DNA from: Alphaproteobacteria bacterium
GTDB taxonomy: Bacteria; Pseudomonadota; Alphaproteobacteria; Bin95
Reading direction: 5' to 3'
DNA length: 64,000 nt
Assembly (NCBI GenBank): GCA_965206075.1
Contig: CBDBIS010000005.1
Coordinates: 3,155,041-3,219,040, forward strand
Positions 49,371-57,991 of the stretch are shown piece after piece (the stretch's first letter is position 1; each line of letters opens with the position of its first letter). Below the pieces are notes generated by a model. That model saw nothing but the letters and a program-made list of their open reading frames with translations, made no database searches and had not been told where the DNA came from. Both the position numbers and the translations under genes were made by a program.

Positions 49371-50270
49371 CTAGCCGGTGCCGAGCGCGATCGACTTGAA
49401 GATGGCGAGGCAGCGGTCCGGGTCGTCGATGTCGAGGCGACGGACCTGCCAGGCGAACTGGACCGCCACCGCGACGAGGCCCGCATAGAAGGGCCAGGCG
49501 AGCCCCGCCAGCCAGCCGGCGAGCGCCAGCAGGGCGAGCGCGGCGGCGTAGAAGCCCGCGACCCAGGGCCGGGTGCGCGCGCCGAACAGCAGCGCCGTCG
49601 ATTTGACGCCGACCAGCGCGTCGTCCTCCTTGTCCTGGTGCGCATAGACGGTGTCGTAGCCGAGCGTCCAGGCGATGCCGGCGGCGTAGAGCGCGTAGGC
49701 CGGCCCCGAGACCTCGCCCTGCACCGCCGCCCAGCCGACCAGTGCGCCCCAGTTGAAGGTGAGGCCGAGCCAGGCCTGCGGCCAGTGGCTCACCCGCTTC
49801 ATGAAGGGATAGGCCAGCACCAGCGGGATCGAGCCGAGCCCCACCAGCACCGCGCCCGGCTCCAGCGCCAGCAGCACGGCGAGCCCCGCCGCGCATTGCA
49901 GGACGATGAACGCCCACGCGCGGAAGACGGTCGTGTGGCCGGCCGGCAGGGGGCGGATGGCGGTGCGCGAGACGCGGGCGTCGAAGTCCCGGTCCACGAT
50001 GTCGTTCCAGGTGCAGCCCGCGCCCCGCATCGCCAGTGCGCCGACGGCGAACAGCGCGACCAGCGCGAGCGTTTCGAGCGCGGAGAAGCCGGGCGCGCCC
50101 GCGGCCGCCAGCGCCGTGCCCCACCAGCAGGGCAGCAGCAGCAGCCAGGCGCCGATCGGCCGGTCCCAGCGCGCGAGCCGCGAATAGGGCACGAGCCAAA
50201 GCGGGATCGCCCGCTCCCAGGCGCCCCGGATGCGGATATCGGTTGCGGCAAGGGGGTCGCGCGCCGTCAT
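49371..50270 (-). CDS. ubiA: 4-hydroxybenzoate polyprenyltransferase
   Basis: 299 aa from the internal ATG. NDIVDRDFD and YDTVYAHQDKEDD motifs. Multi-TM. Confidence 0.85.
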   Translation of the reverse strand: MTARDPLAATDIRIRGAWERAIPLWLVPYSRLARWDRPIGAWLLLLPCWWGTALAAAGAPGFSALETLALVALFAVGALAMRGAGCTWNDIVDRDFDARVSRTAIRPLPAGHTTVFRAWAFIVLQCAAGLAVLLALEPGAVLVGLGSIPLVLAYPFMKRVSHWPQAWLGLTFNWGALVGWAAVQGEVSGPAYALYAAGIAWTLGYDTVYAHQDKEDDALVGVKSTALLFGARTRPWVAGFYAAALALLALAGWLAGLAWPFYAGLVAVAVQFAWQVRRLDIDDPDRCLAIFKSIALGTG

Positions 50271-50352
50271 GGCCCGCACTCTCGCCGCCGCCCGCAGCGG
50301 AGGCAAGGGCGGGCGTGCAGCCGGGCCGCCGTCCGGGCTATGATCCGGCCCC

Positions 50353-51798
50353 ATGAACGGTTCTTTCGATGTTGTCGTTGTCGGGTCGGGCATTGCCGGT
50401 TTGTCGGCGGCGGTTTCCGCGCTGGAGGCGGGCGCGTCCGTGGCGGTGCTGGAGCGCGCGGCCAAGGAGGAGCGTGGCGGCAACACGCGCTACACGGAGA
50501 GCTTCTGGCGGATGCGGGACCGCGACACGGTCGCGCATGATTTCGACGAAAGGCTGGCGGGCAATGCCGGCGGCCATTTCGACCCGGAGTTCGTGAAGGA
50601 CGCCGGGCGGCCATACGAGGACTGGCCGCGGCCGCTCCGCGCCTTCGCCTTCACCGACCCGGAGCTGATCCGCGTCTGGGGCGAGGACGCCGGCCCGGCG
50701 CTCCGCTGGCTGGAGGGCTTCGGCGTCCGCTGGGACTTCCTGCCCACCTATTTCCCCTACCAGTCCACCACAAGGATCGCGCCGGTCGGCGGCGGCCTCG
50801 CGCTGGTGGAGGCGCTGGCGGCGGAAGCGGAGCGGCGCGGCGCGTCCTTCTTCTACGAGACCGCCGCGCGGGGCCTCGTGCGCAGCGGCGAGGGAGAAAT
50901 CGTCGGCGTCGAAGCCGTGCAGCGCGGCCGGCCCCGCCATTTGATGGGCCGGGTGGTGCTGGCGTCCGGCGGCTTCGAGGGCAATCCCGAAATGCTGGCG
51001 CGCTATATCGGCCCGAAGGCGCAATGGACCCGGCCGGTCGCGCGCGGCGGCTACTACAACCGCGGCGAGGGCGTGGCGATGGGCCTTGCCGCGGGCGCCG
51101 CGCCGGCGGGCGAATTCGGCGCCTTCCATGCGCAGCCGGTCGATCCGCGCTCCGGCGCCATCGAGCCGGTGGTGCTGCATTACGGCTATGGCGTGCTGGT
51201 CAACCGCGAGGGCCAGCGCTTCACGGACGAGGCGGCCGGGCCGGTCGATGCCGGCTATGAGCGCGTCGCGCGCGCCGTGCTGGAGCAGCCGGAGGGCCTC
51301 GCCTGGGCCGTGTTCGACGCCGGGCTCGACGACGCGCCGCACTGGCGGGTGACGGTGCGCAGCGACCGCGAGCCGCTGGAAGCGCCGACGGTGGAAGAGC
51401 TGGCCGGGGCGGCCGGCCTCGACCCGGCGGCGCTCTCGGCCGCGCTCGCCGCCTACAACGCCGCCTGCCCGGAGGATGCGTCCGCCTTCCGCCCGGACGG
51501 GCCGGACGGCCTCGCCACGCGGGGCCTCCGGCCGCCGAAGAGCAACTGGGCGAGGCCGCTCCTCCGCCCGCCCTTCCGCGCCTGGCCGGTCATCTGCGCC
51601 AACTGCTTCACCTTCGGCGGGCTGCGCATCGACGCGAGCGGGCGCGCGATCGACCTCGACGGCGACCCGATCCCCGGCCTCTACGCCGCGGGCGAAACCG
51701 CCGGCCTCTATTACGGCGACTATACGGGCGCCACCTCCGTCATGCGCGGCGCCGTGTTCGGCCGCCGCGCCGGCCGCCACGCCGCCGGCGCACAATAG
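50353..51798 (+). CDS. FAD-dependent oxidoreductase (TcuA / fumarate-reductase flavoprotein-like)
   Basis: 481 aa with DVVVVGSGIAGLSAA dinucleotide fold and ERGGNTRYT. Confidence 0.75.
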   Translation: MNGSFDVVVVGSGIAGLSAAVSALEAGASVAVLERAAKEERGGNTRYTESFWRMRDRDTVAHDFDERLAGNAGGHFDPEFVKDAGRPYEDWPRPLRAFAFTDPELIRVWGEDAGPALRWLEGFGVRWDFLPTYFPYQSTTRIAPVGGGLALVEALAAEAERRGASFFYETAARGLVRSGEGEIVGVEAVQRGRPRHLMGRVVLASGGFEGNPEMLARYIGPKAQWTRPVARGGYYNRGEGVAMGLAAGAAPAGEFGAFHAQPVDPRSGAIEPVVLHYGYGVLVNREGQRFTDEAAGPVDAGYERVARAVLEQPEGLAWAVFDAGLDDAPHWRVTVRSDREPLEAPTVEELAGAAGLDPAALSAALAAYNAACPEDASAFRPDGPDGLATRGLRPPKSNWARPLLRPPFRAWPVICANCFTFGGLRIDASGRAIDLDGDPIPGLYAAGETAGLYYGDYTGATSVMRGAVFGRRAGRHAAGAQ

Positions 51799-51834
51799 CG
51801 GACCCGCTCCCCGGCCGGCAGGGCCGCGCCGGAA

Positions 51835-52060
51835 ATGCTCCATGCGCAAGTCCTCCGATCCGGCCGGGCGGGGAGCCGGGCCGGCCTGATCGAACTGAAA
51901 CAGCGCTCGTCGCAGCTCCCCAACCTCGCCGTGGACTTCGGCGCCACGGACTTCCCCGCCGTCGCCCGCGCGCTCGGCGGCGAAGGCGGCGCTGGCGCGG
52001 GACCGCTTCACGATCATCGCCGCGAAGATCGGCCGCCGGGCCTATGACGGGTGGATTTGA
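51835..52060 (+). pseudogene. C-terminal remnant of a thiamine-diphosphate (acetolactate-synthase-like) enzyme
   Basis: ..NLAVDFGATDFPAVARALGGEG.., then a frame change to ..DRFTIIAAKIGRRAYDGWI*. No N-terminal part is present. Confidence 0.4.
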
Positions 52061-52097
52061 CGGGCGTTGAAGCGGGTCACCGCCAGACGCTACACGT

Positions 52098-54389
52098 CTA
52101 GGCTTGAAGGGCGTTGACTATCCGGAGAGTGCGCTTGATGTAGCCAGTTAGCTCTTGAGAATCGACCTGATCGGACATGGCGTCGGCCATGTTCTCACCA
52201 TGATGGTGCTCGCTGGTATAGTCGTTGATTTGGTCCAATTCATCGTACAGGTCTGCCGCAGGGTGCTGATTGCCTCCCTCGCGAATCTTCCGGACGATTT
52301 CGCCCAGCCAAACCTGGCCGGGCTGAAAGGAGGCCGGGTATGTGGTCCAGCAGTGGGTTTCAAGGACAAGGCGCATCTTGCGGATGAGGTCCAGATGGTT
52401 GCCCGCGCCTGTGTTTACATAAGTTAGCAGGTCGTCCATATCGGTTGCAGTTCGGCCTTGGCAAGCGCGCTTCAGATCTATGGGCGTGATCTTTGTTCCT
52501 TGGTGACGATGGTCGGCAAGGGCCAAGGCGATGCGCTCGGCCGTTGGCGCCTTGTCCCAGATCTGTTTGAGAAAAGTAGCGTCATGGGAAAGGACAATCA
52601 CCTGAGCGCAGTTCCGCGCTACTCTCGAGATCTCGTGAACCGTTTGACGGCGCCGAAAAGCATCGTGGCTGCTAAAGGGGTCGTCGAAGACGACAATCTT
52701 ATCATCAAGATTCTGGTCTTGTTCGAGATGAACGAGAAAGAAGGCGAGAGCAAGCGTCGTCCGATCTCCAGAACTGAGTGTATTCTTGAAGCTGGGCTGA
52801 TCGGGAGGTGTACGTTCATCGCCCAAGTCAATCGAGGTGTTGTTGATAACAAGCTGATAAGTCGATGCAGCAGCGCCGCCGGGATATCCGTGTTTAGTTT
52901 CCGTGATCCTGAAGCCAGCGTTGAAGACATCAAGGTAGTGATTGATCCGCTGTTCGTAAGGCTTCATAACTCTCCTGCTGTGCGTATTGAGCTGCCCGCG
53001 AACTGTGTCCTTCTTCCGGTTAATGGCATCCTTCTCGCCAGTCAGGAGAATGTGATCGGCACATAGCACAGCGACAGGATCAGTATGACGGACTTTTATA
53101 GCTTTACGGCGGATAAGTTCGCGCTCCGCGGCACGCAAGTCTACCGCACCGATCTCCCCCTTCTTGGCGGCAATTAGTGCATTGACTGCTCGGATTGCCT
53201 TATTAATTTGTTGCGCCTTGTCTTGAGCCGCGCCATAGGCTGTCACTGCTGCATCAAAGGCGGCATCCGGCTGGATGGGATCAAGAGGCATACGGTTCTT
53301 TCGTTCAAGCAAGGTCAAAGCAGCTTGACCGAGTGTGTGAATGGTATTCGGTACATCTTCGGGAACAAACAGGAGGTCTGGATCGAAGGCACAATATCGG
53401 TTCCAAAAGTCGATTGCGCCCTTGGCTTGTTCTGCTTGGATGCTCATACGGCCGATTGCGCCGTCGCCAAACTGCTCGATGATGTCGTTACGTTTGGCTG
53501 TGATTTCGTTCCGTAGGTCTTTATAGCGGTCACTGAACACGGCGCGATACGCAGCGATGAGAGGGAGGCCATGGATATTCTGGGCGCAGAAAGGACAGGT
53601 CCCGTCGTCGGCATACTCCAAGCCTTTGGCGATCCAGTTACCCCCGTCCGCTTCCATACCATGCGCCGCAAAATGCTCGGCGAGGTGGGTTTCGGCGTCG
53701 CGCGCTATGTCGTCGATGGTACGGGCAAGCAGCGACAAGAAGTCATCAGGCAGGGTAGGAACGGTAATCTCCGACAGTGGAGGGCGGTCATTGATCTGTT
53801 GGGCCTGACGGGCGGCCTCAACGGAGCGTTGCTGTTCGGTGATCTGCGCATCGATGTCAGGATTGGGCAGGAGTGCAATGAAGGTGTCGAACTTCATGCC
53901 TGCTGGAATGTGAGACTGGATGGCTTTGGTGGTAGTAGTGATCTCACTGGTTTTCTTACGGCTTTGCTGGGCAAGGGTGGCTTCTTTTTCGGCCAAACGT
54001 ACTCCTTGCTCTCCGATGATGACGCGGTAGAGGTTGCGTCTGTGGTCAATCTCGACCATTTGGCCGGAATGGACGTTCTCGGCAACAAACGTATCGTCAA
54101 AGATCATGATAGACGGATAGGTGGTGGACCACGCTGCGCCGTCAAAGTGCATCTGGCCGCTAGGGAACAACAATTCGACCATAGCCGGACTTTCGCCGCC
54201 GAGAGTCTGGCGACCCAGAATATGGTCTGGGTCGCTGGTTTTGAGCGAGCGGAGGATGGAACAAAGCGTGGTCTTTCCGAGACCATTGGCCCCGACTATC
54301 AGCGTGTGGCGGGAAAGTTCGGGATTTCCTGGGGCTACAGAATTTCGGAATCGCCCAACGTTTTTTACTGAAATGATCTTTCTCAGCAT
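52098..54389 (-). CDS. RloC/PrrC-like anticodon nuclease (AAA_13-type ABC ATPase with zinc-hook-like CPFC and C-terminal ACNase-like domain)
   Basis: 763 aa. Walker A GANGLGKTT, long helical insert containing DDGTCPFCAQ, signature-like LSSGDRTTLALAF and Walker B IVVFDDPFSSHD. The C-terminal R-x3-E (RLVLE) with a His 32 residues later matches the PrrC Arg320/Glu324/His356 spacing as I recall it. Visibly lower G+C than the flanks. Confidence 0.65.
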   Translation of the reverse strand: MLRKIISVKNVGRFRNSVAPGNPELSRHTLIVGANGLGKTTLCSILRSLKTSDPDHILGRQTLGGESPAMVELLFPSGQMHFDGAAWSTTYPSIMIFDDTFVAENVHSGQMVEIDHRRNLYRVIIGEQGVRLAEKEATLAQQSRKKTSEITTTTKAIQSHIPAGMKFDTFIALLPNPDIDAQITEQQRSVEAARQAQQINDRPPLSEITVPTLPDDFLSLLARTIDDIARDAETHLAEHFAAHGMEADGGNWIAKGLEYADDGTCPFCAQNIHGLPLIAAYRAVFSDRYKDLRNEITAKRNDIIEQFGDGAIGRMSIQAEQAKGAIDFWNRYCAFDPDLLFVPEDVPNTIHTLGQAALTLLERKNRMPLDPIQPDAAFDAAVTAYGAAQDKAQQINKAIRAVNALIAAKKGEIGAVDLRAAERELIRRKAIKVRHTDPVAVLCADHILLTGEKDAINRKKDTVRGQLNTHSRRVMKPYEQRINHYLDVFNAGFRITETKHGYPGGAAASTYQLVINNTSIDLGDERTPPDQPSFKNTLSSGDRTTLALAFFLVHLEQDQNLDDKIVVFDDPFSSHDAFRRRQTVHEISRVARNCAQVIVLSHDATFLKQIWDKAPTAERIALALADHRHQGTKITPIDLKRACQGRTATDMDDLLTYVNTGAGNHLDLIRKMRLVLETHCWTTYPASFQPGQVWLGEIVRKIREGGNQHPAADLYDELDQINDYTSEHHHGENMADAMSDQVDSQELTGYIKRTLRIVNALQA

Positions 54390-54566
54390 TGGGAAAATCC
54401 TGTTAATTTTTGACGTTCATGATGGCCAACAGCGGCGTTTGGGGGTAGATTACTGTGGTTGTACTATTTATCCGGGCGAGAGACAATGGAATCAGATAGC
54501 AGCAATTCTCAGAAGTCTTCGCCCTCGGTTCCGGATCATTGGTGGTAAATCGAGAAGACGCTACCT

Positions 54567-54595
54567 ACTATATTGAGGGGTACTTGCCTCATCAA
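54567..54595 (-). promoter_or_regulatory. candidate promoter for the RloC-like gene (TTGATG-17 nt-TATAGT)
   Basis: Reverse complement of catcaa (54590-95) and actata (54567-72), in the AT-rich region ~180 nt upstream of the ATG. Confidence 0.3.
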
Positions 54596-54898
54596 GAGTA
54601 TGGATAGCGACGGTCAATTGCAACCCTTCCTTTGGAACGCGGAATACCCGCGCGCTCCTCCTCGATCCGCGACCATCCGCCCCGTCAAGCGGCGGCTAAT
54701 TCTCATCGGGCGTCCTTGTCCACTATGAGCTTGAAGGTCGTTTCGCGGGCACGGCCCATTTCGTCTTCGAGGTCGGCAATCCGCGTCTGCCGGCCCCTGA
54801 TGCGCCCCCGTGCCAAGCGCTCCTTGCGGTCCAAGCCGTGGCGCTTCGGGAAGTGCCTCACCGGAGGGGAGCGCGCGTTCCCCGGTCGAACGGTATGG

Positions 54899-55183
54899 TC
54901 ACCGCGCCAGGTCCGTTCTGAGCGCCCGGGCTTCGTGTCCGAGCACGGCGCGAACCTGCTCCTCATCGACGCCCGGGAACCACTCGACGAACTCCCCGAC
55001 CGTAGCGCCGGCGGCCAGGTTCTCGTAAAGCGCGAACAGGGGAATCCGGGTGCCGGTGAAAACCCACGCGCCGCTGACCTTTCCGGGCGTCCGTTCCACT
55101 GCCGGGCATGTCGTCCAGTCGGTCACCGGCTCTCCTCCCCGACCCGCGACCTCGTTCCCCGAAAGGCCGCGGGGAAGCCTCAT
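54899..55183 (-). CDS. DUF433 domain protein
   Basis: 94 aa (..PAVERTPGKVSGAWVFTGTRIPLFALYENLAAGATVGEFVEWFPGVDEEQVRAVL). ATGA overlap with the upstream gene. Confidence 0.65.
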   Translation of the reverse strand: MRLPRGLSGNEVAGRGGEPVTDWTTCPAVERTPGKVSGAWVFTGTRIPLFALYENLAAGATVGEFVEWFPGVDEEQVRAVLGHEARALRTDLAR

Positions 55184-55392
55184 ACCGCGATGGCCTCGTC
55201 CCTGACGAGATGCAGCCTGACCACTCTCGGCGCTTCGTCTTCGTCGAAATGGCAAAGGACAGCGTCCCGCGCCATGGCCTTCAGGTCGTCCCAGTCGTCT
55301 CCCTGGGTGAAGATGCTGTGCCCGAGCGCCCGGGCGTCGTATCCGCCTTCGGCCGCCTCGGTGACCTCGAAGATGATCTCGGCCGGTCTCAT
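55180..55392 (-). CDS. HicB-like / UPF0150-fold small protein
   Basis: 70 aa (MRPAEIIFEVTEAAEGGYDARALGHSIFTQGDDWDDLKAMARDAVLCHF...). Confidence 0.5.
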   Translation of the reverse strand: MRPAEIIFEVTEAAEGGYDARALGHSIFTQGDDWDDLKAMARDAVLCHFDEDEAPRVVRLHLVRDEAIAV

Positions 55393-55658
55393 CCGGTGTC
55401 CTCCCTGTTGTCCGGGCGGCGCTCCGCAACGGCGAACCGGCGTCCCGCCGTCTCCCGCTGCGGCGCCGCGCCGGGCATCTCCTCCTCCGCCGTTGCGGCG
55501 GTTTCGGGCTTGTCCTGCGCGTAGCACATCATAAACGACGCTTGAAGCCGGGGCTTGCTTGCCCCGGCGGCGCCAGCGCTGGCCTGTGGCCTGTCGGGCA
55601 GGCGGATTCGAATGTCATACCGGTGGTCGTCGATCGGAGCCTGAGGCGGCGCCTCCCC

Positions 55659-55763
55659 CCGTCGCCCCGGCCGGAGCGGAGCGGAGAGCCGGGGCCCATC
55701 TCCCGCCTGTGCGATATGCGCGACGGTCCGGAGATGGGCCCCGGATCGGGTCCGGGGCGACGA
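55659..55763. repeat. palindromic GC-rich element (GTCGCCCCGG...CCGGGGCGAC family)
   Basis: Outer arms at 55661-70 and 55752-61. Inner arms GAGCCGGGGCCCATCTCC / GGAGATGGGCCCCGGATC. Confidence 0.65.
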
Positions 55764-55810
55764 TATGAGGCTTGGAGCTCCTTATGAGCCCGAAGTCGGC
55801 GCCGCCGGTG

Positions 55811-56224
55811 TCAGCCCCGCTGCGCCGCGAGGCGCGTTCTGGTGTCCAGGCCGTGGCGTTTCAGGAAGCGCTGCACGGTGGAGATGCCGAAGACGAGGCC
55901 CTCCCCGGCGAGCGCGGCCTGCAAGGCCCGGCCGCTGATCTCCGGCTGCTGCTCCAGAAGCCGGAAAATCCTTTCGCGGTGCGGTTCGATCCGCGAGTCG
56001 CGGCCGCCCCGCTTGTACGCCCGCACATCGCCATGCGCCCGGAAGCGCTGGACCCAGCGGAGCACGCTGGTCACACACACTTCGAATTTCTGCGCCGTCT
56101 CGCGGTAGCTCATGTTCCGCTCCAGCACCGCCGCCACCGCCCGGCGGCGCAGGTCCTCGCCCACCGTCTTGCCGGGCCTCCGGCCTCCCAATCCGTCCGT
56201 CATCCTGTCCGTCCTCCTTTCCAT
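55811..56224 (-). pseudogene. IS630-family transposase, N-terminal HTH fragment only
   Basis: ..MSYRETAQKFEVCVTSVLRWVQRFRAHGDV...GISTVQRFLKRHGLD.. No DDE domain follows. Confidence 0.65.
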
Positions 56225-56610
56225 CGCCGCCCGCCCCGGCGAAAGCAGGGGTCAGTGACTCCGGCGTCGTTTCTGTTGGCGGCGTTCCTTGCGGCGCCGC
56301 TCCGTTTCAGGTGAGTGAACCGGCCGGGCCGTTTTTCGCCCCGCCGGAAGTGTCGTTTTCGTTTCAGGTCCAGCGACCCGGAGCCTCCCGCCGGCCGGCG
56401 GACGCGCGCACCTGTCCGGTTGGGCGTCCGCCCTCGACGCAGCTCCCGCATTCCTCATGAAACGCCGGCCGGCGCCCCGGTTCAAATCCACGTCATCGCC
56501 TCGCTTCCTCGCTGTTGGCGCGGGTTTGAGGGGTATATAGGGAACAAACGGGCGGAATGCAAGCTAAAGGGAGGAATTGTTACCGAATTTTGTGGTGCGA
56601 GGCTCCACCT

Positions 56611-56735
56611 GCCGCTTCCGCCGGCGCGGAAGCGGCCCCCTCACCCGGCCTCTCCCCGCTTGCGGGGAGAGGGGAATGCGGTGGCACTGCTTCTCCCTCC
56701 TTCGCTTGCGAGGGAGGGCCGGGGAGGGAGGCTGT
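56611..56735 (+). repeat. REP/RIME-like GC-rich repeat (gccgcttccgccggcgcggaagcgg...ctccccgcttgcggggagagggg)
   Basis: Nested hairpins. A direct-orientation relative lies at 57262-57512. Confidence 0.7.
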
Positions 56736-56769
56736 CACGCGCAAGTGGAAGGGAAGAAAGGCCCCCCGC

Positions 56770-57261
56770 TCAGCCCCCCGCCGGCCGCCGGTAGAGCCGG
56801 TAGCGGCCCGGCGCGACGCCCTCCGGCAGCGGCTCCTCCGTCCAGCCGGCAAGCGCCATGGGCTGGTCGGCGGCGAGAATGGCGCCGGGGGCCGTAAGGC
56901 GCGGCAGGAGGGGGGCCAGCGCCTTTGCCAGCGCCAGCGAGGCGGCCTTGTCGCCGGTGCCGATGTCGGCGTGGACGAGGGCTGCGGGGGCGGGCAGGCG
57001 GACTTGGCTGAGCGTGTCGAGGAAGTCTCCGACGATGAGGCGGTCCTCGGGCGGGGTGCAATCGGGGTGGGCGGCCGGGGCGCGCTCGAACACGAAAATG
57101 TCCCTGTCGGGCAGGCGGGCGCGGAGATGGTCGTAGGTGCGCCCGTTGCCGAGGCCGAGCTCCAGCACCGGGCCGGGCACGCCCCGGATGAGCGCCGCCG
57201 CCCGGTCGAGGCAGGCGCGCTGGGCCGTGAGGCGGCGGATGGCGCTGTCGAGCCGGGTCAT
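56770..57261 (-). CDS. class I SAM-dependent methyltransferase (small)
   Basis: 163 aa from the internal ATG (MTRLDSAIRRLTAQRACLD...VLELGLGNGRTYDHL...). Confidence 0.65.
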   Translation of the reverse strand: MTRLDSAIRRLTAQRACLDRAAALIRGVPGPVLELGLGNGRTYDHLRARLPDRDIFVFERAPAAHPDCTPPEDRLIVGDFLDTLSQVRLPAPAALVHADIGTGDKAASLALAKALAPLLPRLTAPGAILAADQPMALAGWTEEPLPEGVAPGRYRLYRRPAGG

Positions 57262-57512
57262 GCCGGGGCGTCGCCGCCGCTTCCGCTGGCGCGGAAGCGG
57301 CCCCCCACCCGGCCTCCCCCGCAAGCGGGGGAGGAGAAAGCGGTGGCCGCCCTGCGAGCGGGGGAGGGGATTGAGAGGGCGGGGCTCCTTCCCGTCCGGC
57401 GGCAGACGGTCCCTTTTCTCCCCTCCCGCTTGCGGGAGGGGTTGGGGGAGGGTCTCCCGGCGTGCCGGGCTTTTGCCGGGCTTTGCCCGCAAGCGGGGGC
57501 CACGGTCTCCCC
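57262..57512 (+). repeat. REP/RIME-like GC-rich repeat cluster
   Basis: gccgcttccgctggcgcggaagcgg ccccccacccggcctcccccgcaagcgggggagg... plus further GGGAGGGG/CCCCTCCC hairpins. Confidence 0.7.
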
Positions 57513-57514
57513 GC

Positions 57515-57991
57515 TCACCCGGCGGCCAGTTGCGCGCGGGCCTCGCGGAGGTCGGCAGTGGTCTTGTCCAGGCGCTGGGCGAGCTCGCGCATGATCTCGA
57601 CCGCCATTTGCGGGAACTCCTCCACGAGCCGGAAGAACAGCTCCTTGGAGATGCGCAGCGCCGTCATCGCCTCCACCGTGCGCACCGTCGCCGTGCGCGG
57701 CACGTCGATCAGGATCGCGATCTCGCCGATGATGTCGTTGCGGCCGAGTTCGGCCACCCTGAGCGGGCCCTGGGGCGTCTCGACCAGCACCTCGGCCTTC
57801 CCCTCCAGCACGATATAGGCGGCATCGCCGATATCGCCCTCCCGCACCACCAGGTCGCCCGGCTCGAAGCGCACGCGCTCGCTGGTGAAGGCGAGCAGGC
57901 GCAGCCTCGACGCCTCGATGCGCTGGAAGAGCGGGATGGCGCGGAGCGCCTCGACTTCCTCGTTGAGCGCCATGGGTCCAGTCCTCCTCAT
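57515..57991 (-). CDS. cyclic-nucleotide-binding domain protein
   Basis: 158 aa, cNMP-binding fold (..FEPGDLVVREGDIGDAAYIVLEGKAEV...GEIAIL..PRTATVR). Start overlaps the ABC gene stop by 4 nt. Confidence 0.8.
   Translation of the reverse strand: MRRTGPMALNEEVEALRAIPLFQRIEASRLRLLAFTSERVRFEPGDLVVREGDIGDAAYIVLEGKAEVLVETPQGPLRVAELGRNDIIGEIAILIDVPRTATVRTVEAMTALRISKELFFRLVEEFPQMAVEIMRELAQRLDKTTADLREARAQLAAG

Noticed and set aside
52043-52062. Inverted match between ATGACGGGTGGATTTGA (52043-52060) and TCAAATCCACGTCAT (56482-56496) as possible terminal inverted repeats of a 4.4-kb element
   Set aside because: The left copy is the natural C-terminal coding end (..YDGWI*) of the TPP-enzyme relic. The match is short and imperfect with no target duplication, so it is probably coincidental.
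54703-54966. Full 87-aa track ORF downstream of DUF433
   Set aside because: Its first ~35 codons overlap the DUF433 coding region out of frame. Only the last ~52 codons show coding-like bias, and those are discussed as a low-confidence finding instead.
56476-56492. GGTTCAAATCC T-loop-like string, with CTCATGA upstream, suggesting a tRNA or tRNA-derived att site
   Set aside because: The flanking bases do not form a T stem (3 of 5 pairs) or an acceptor stem. No cloverleaf can be drawn, so at most it is a decayed fragment.
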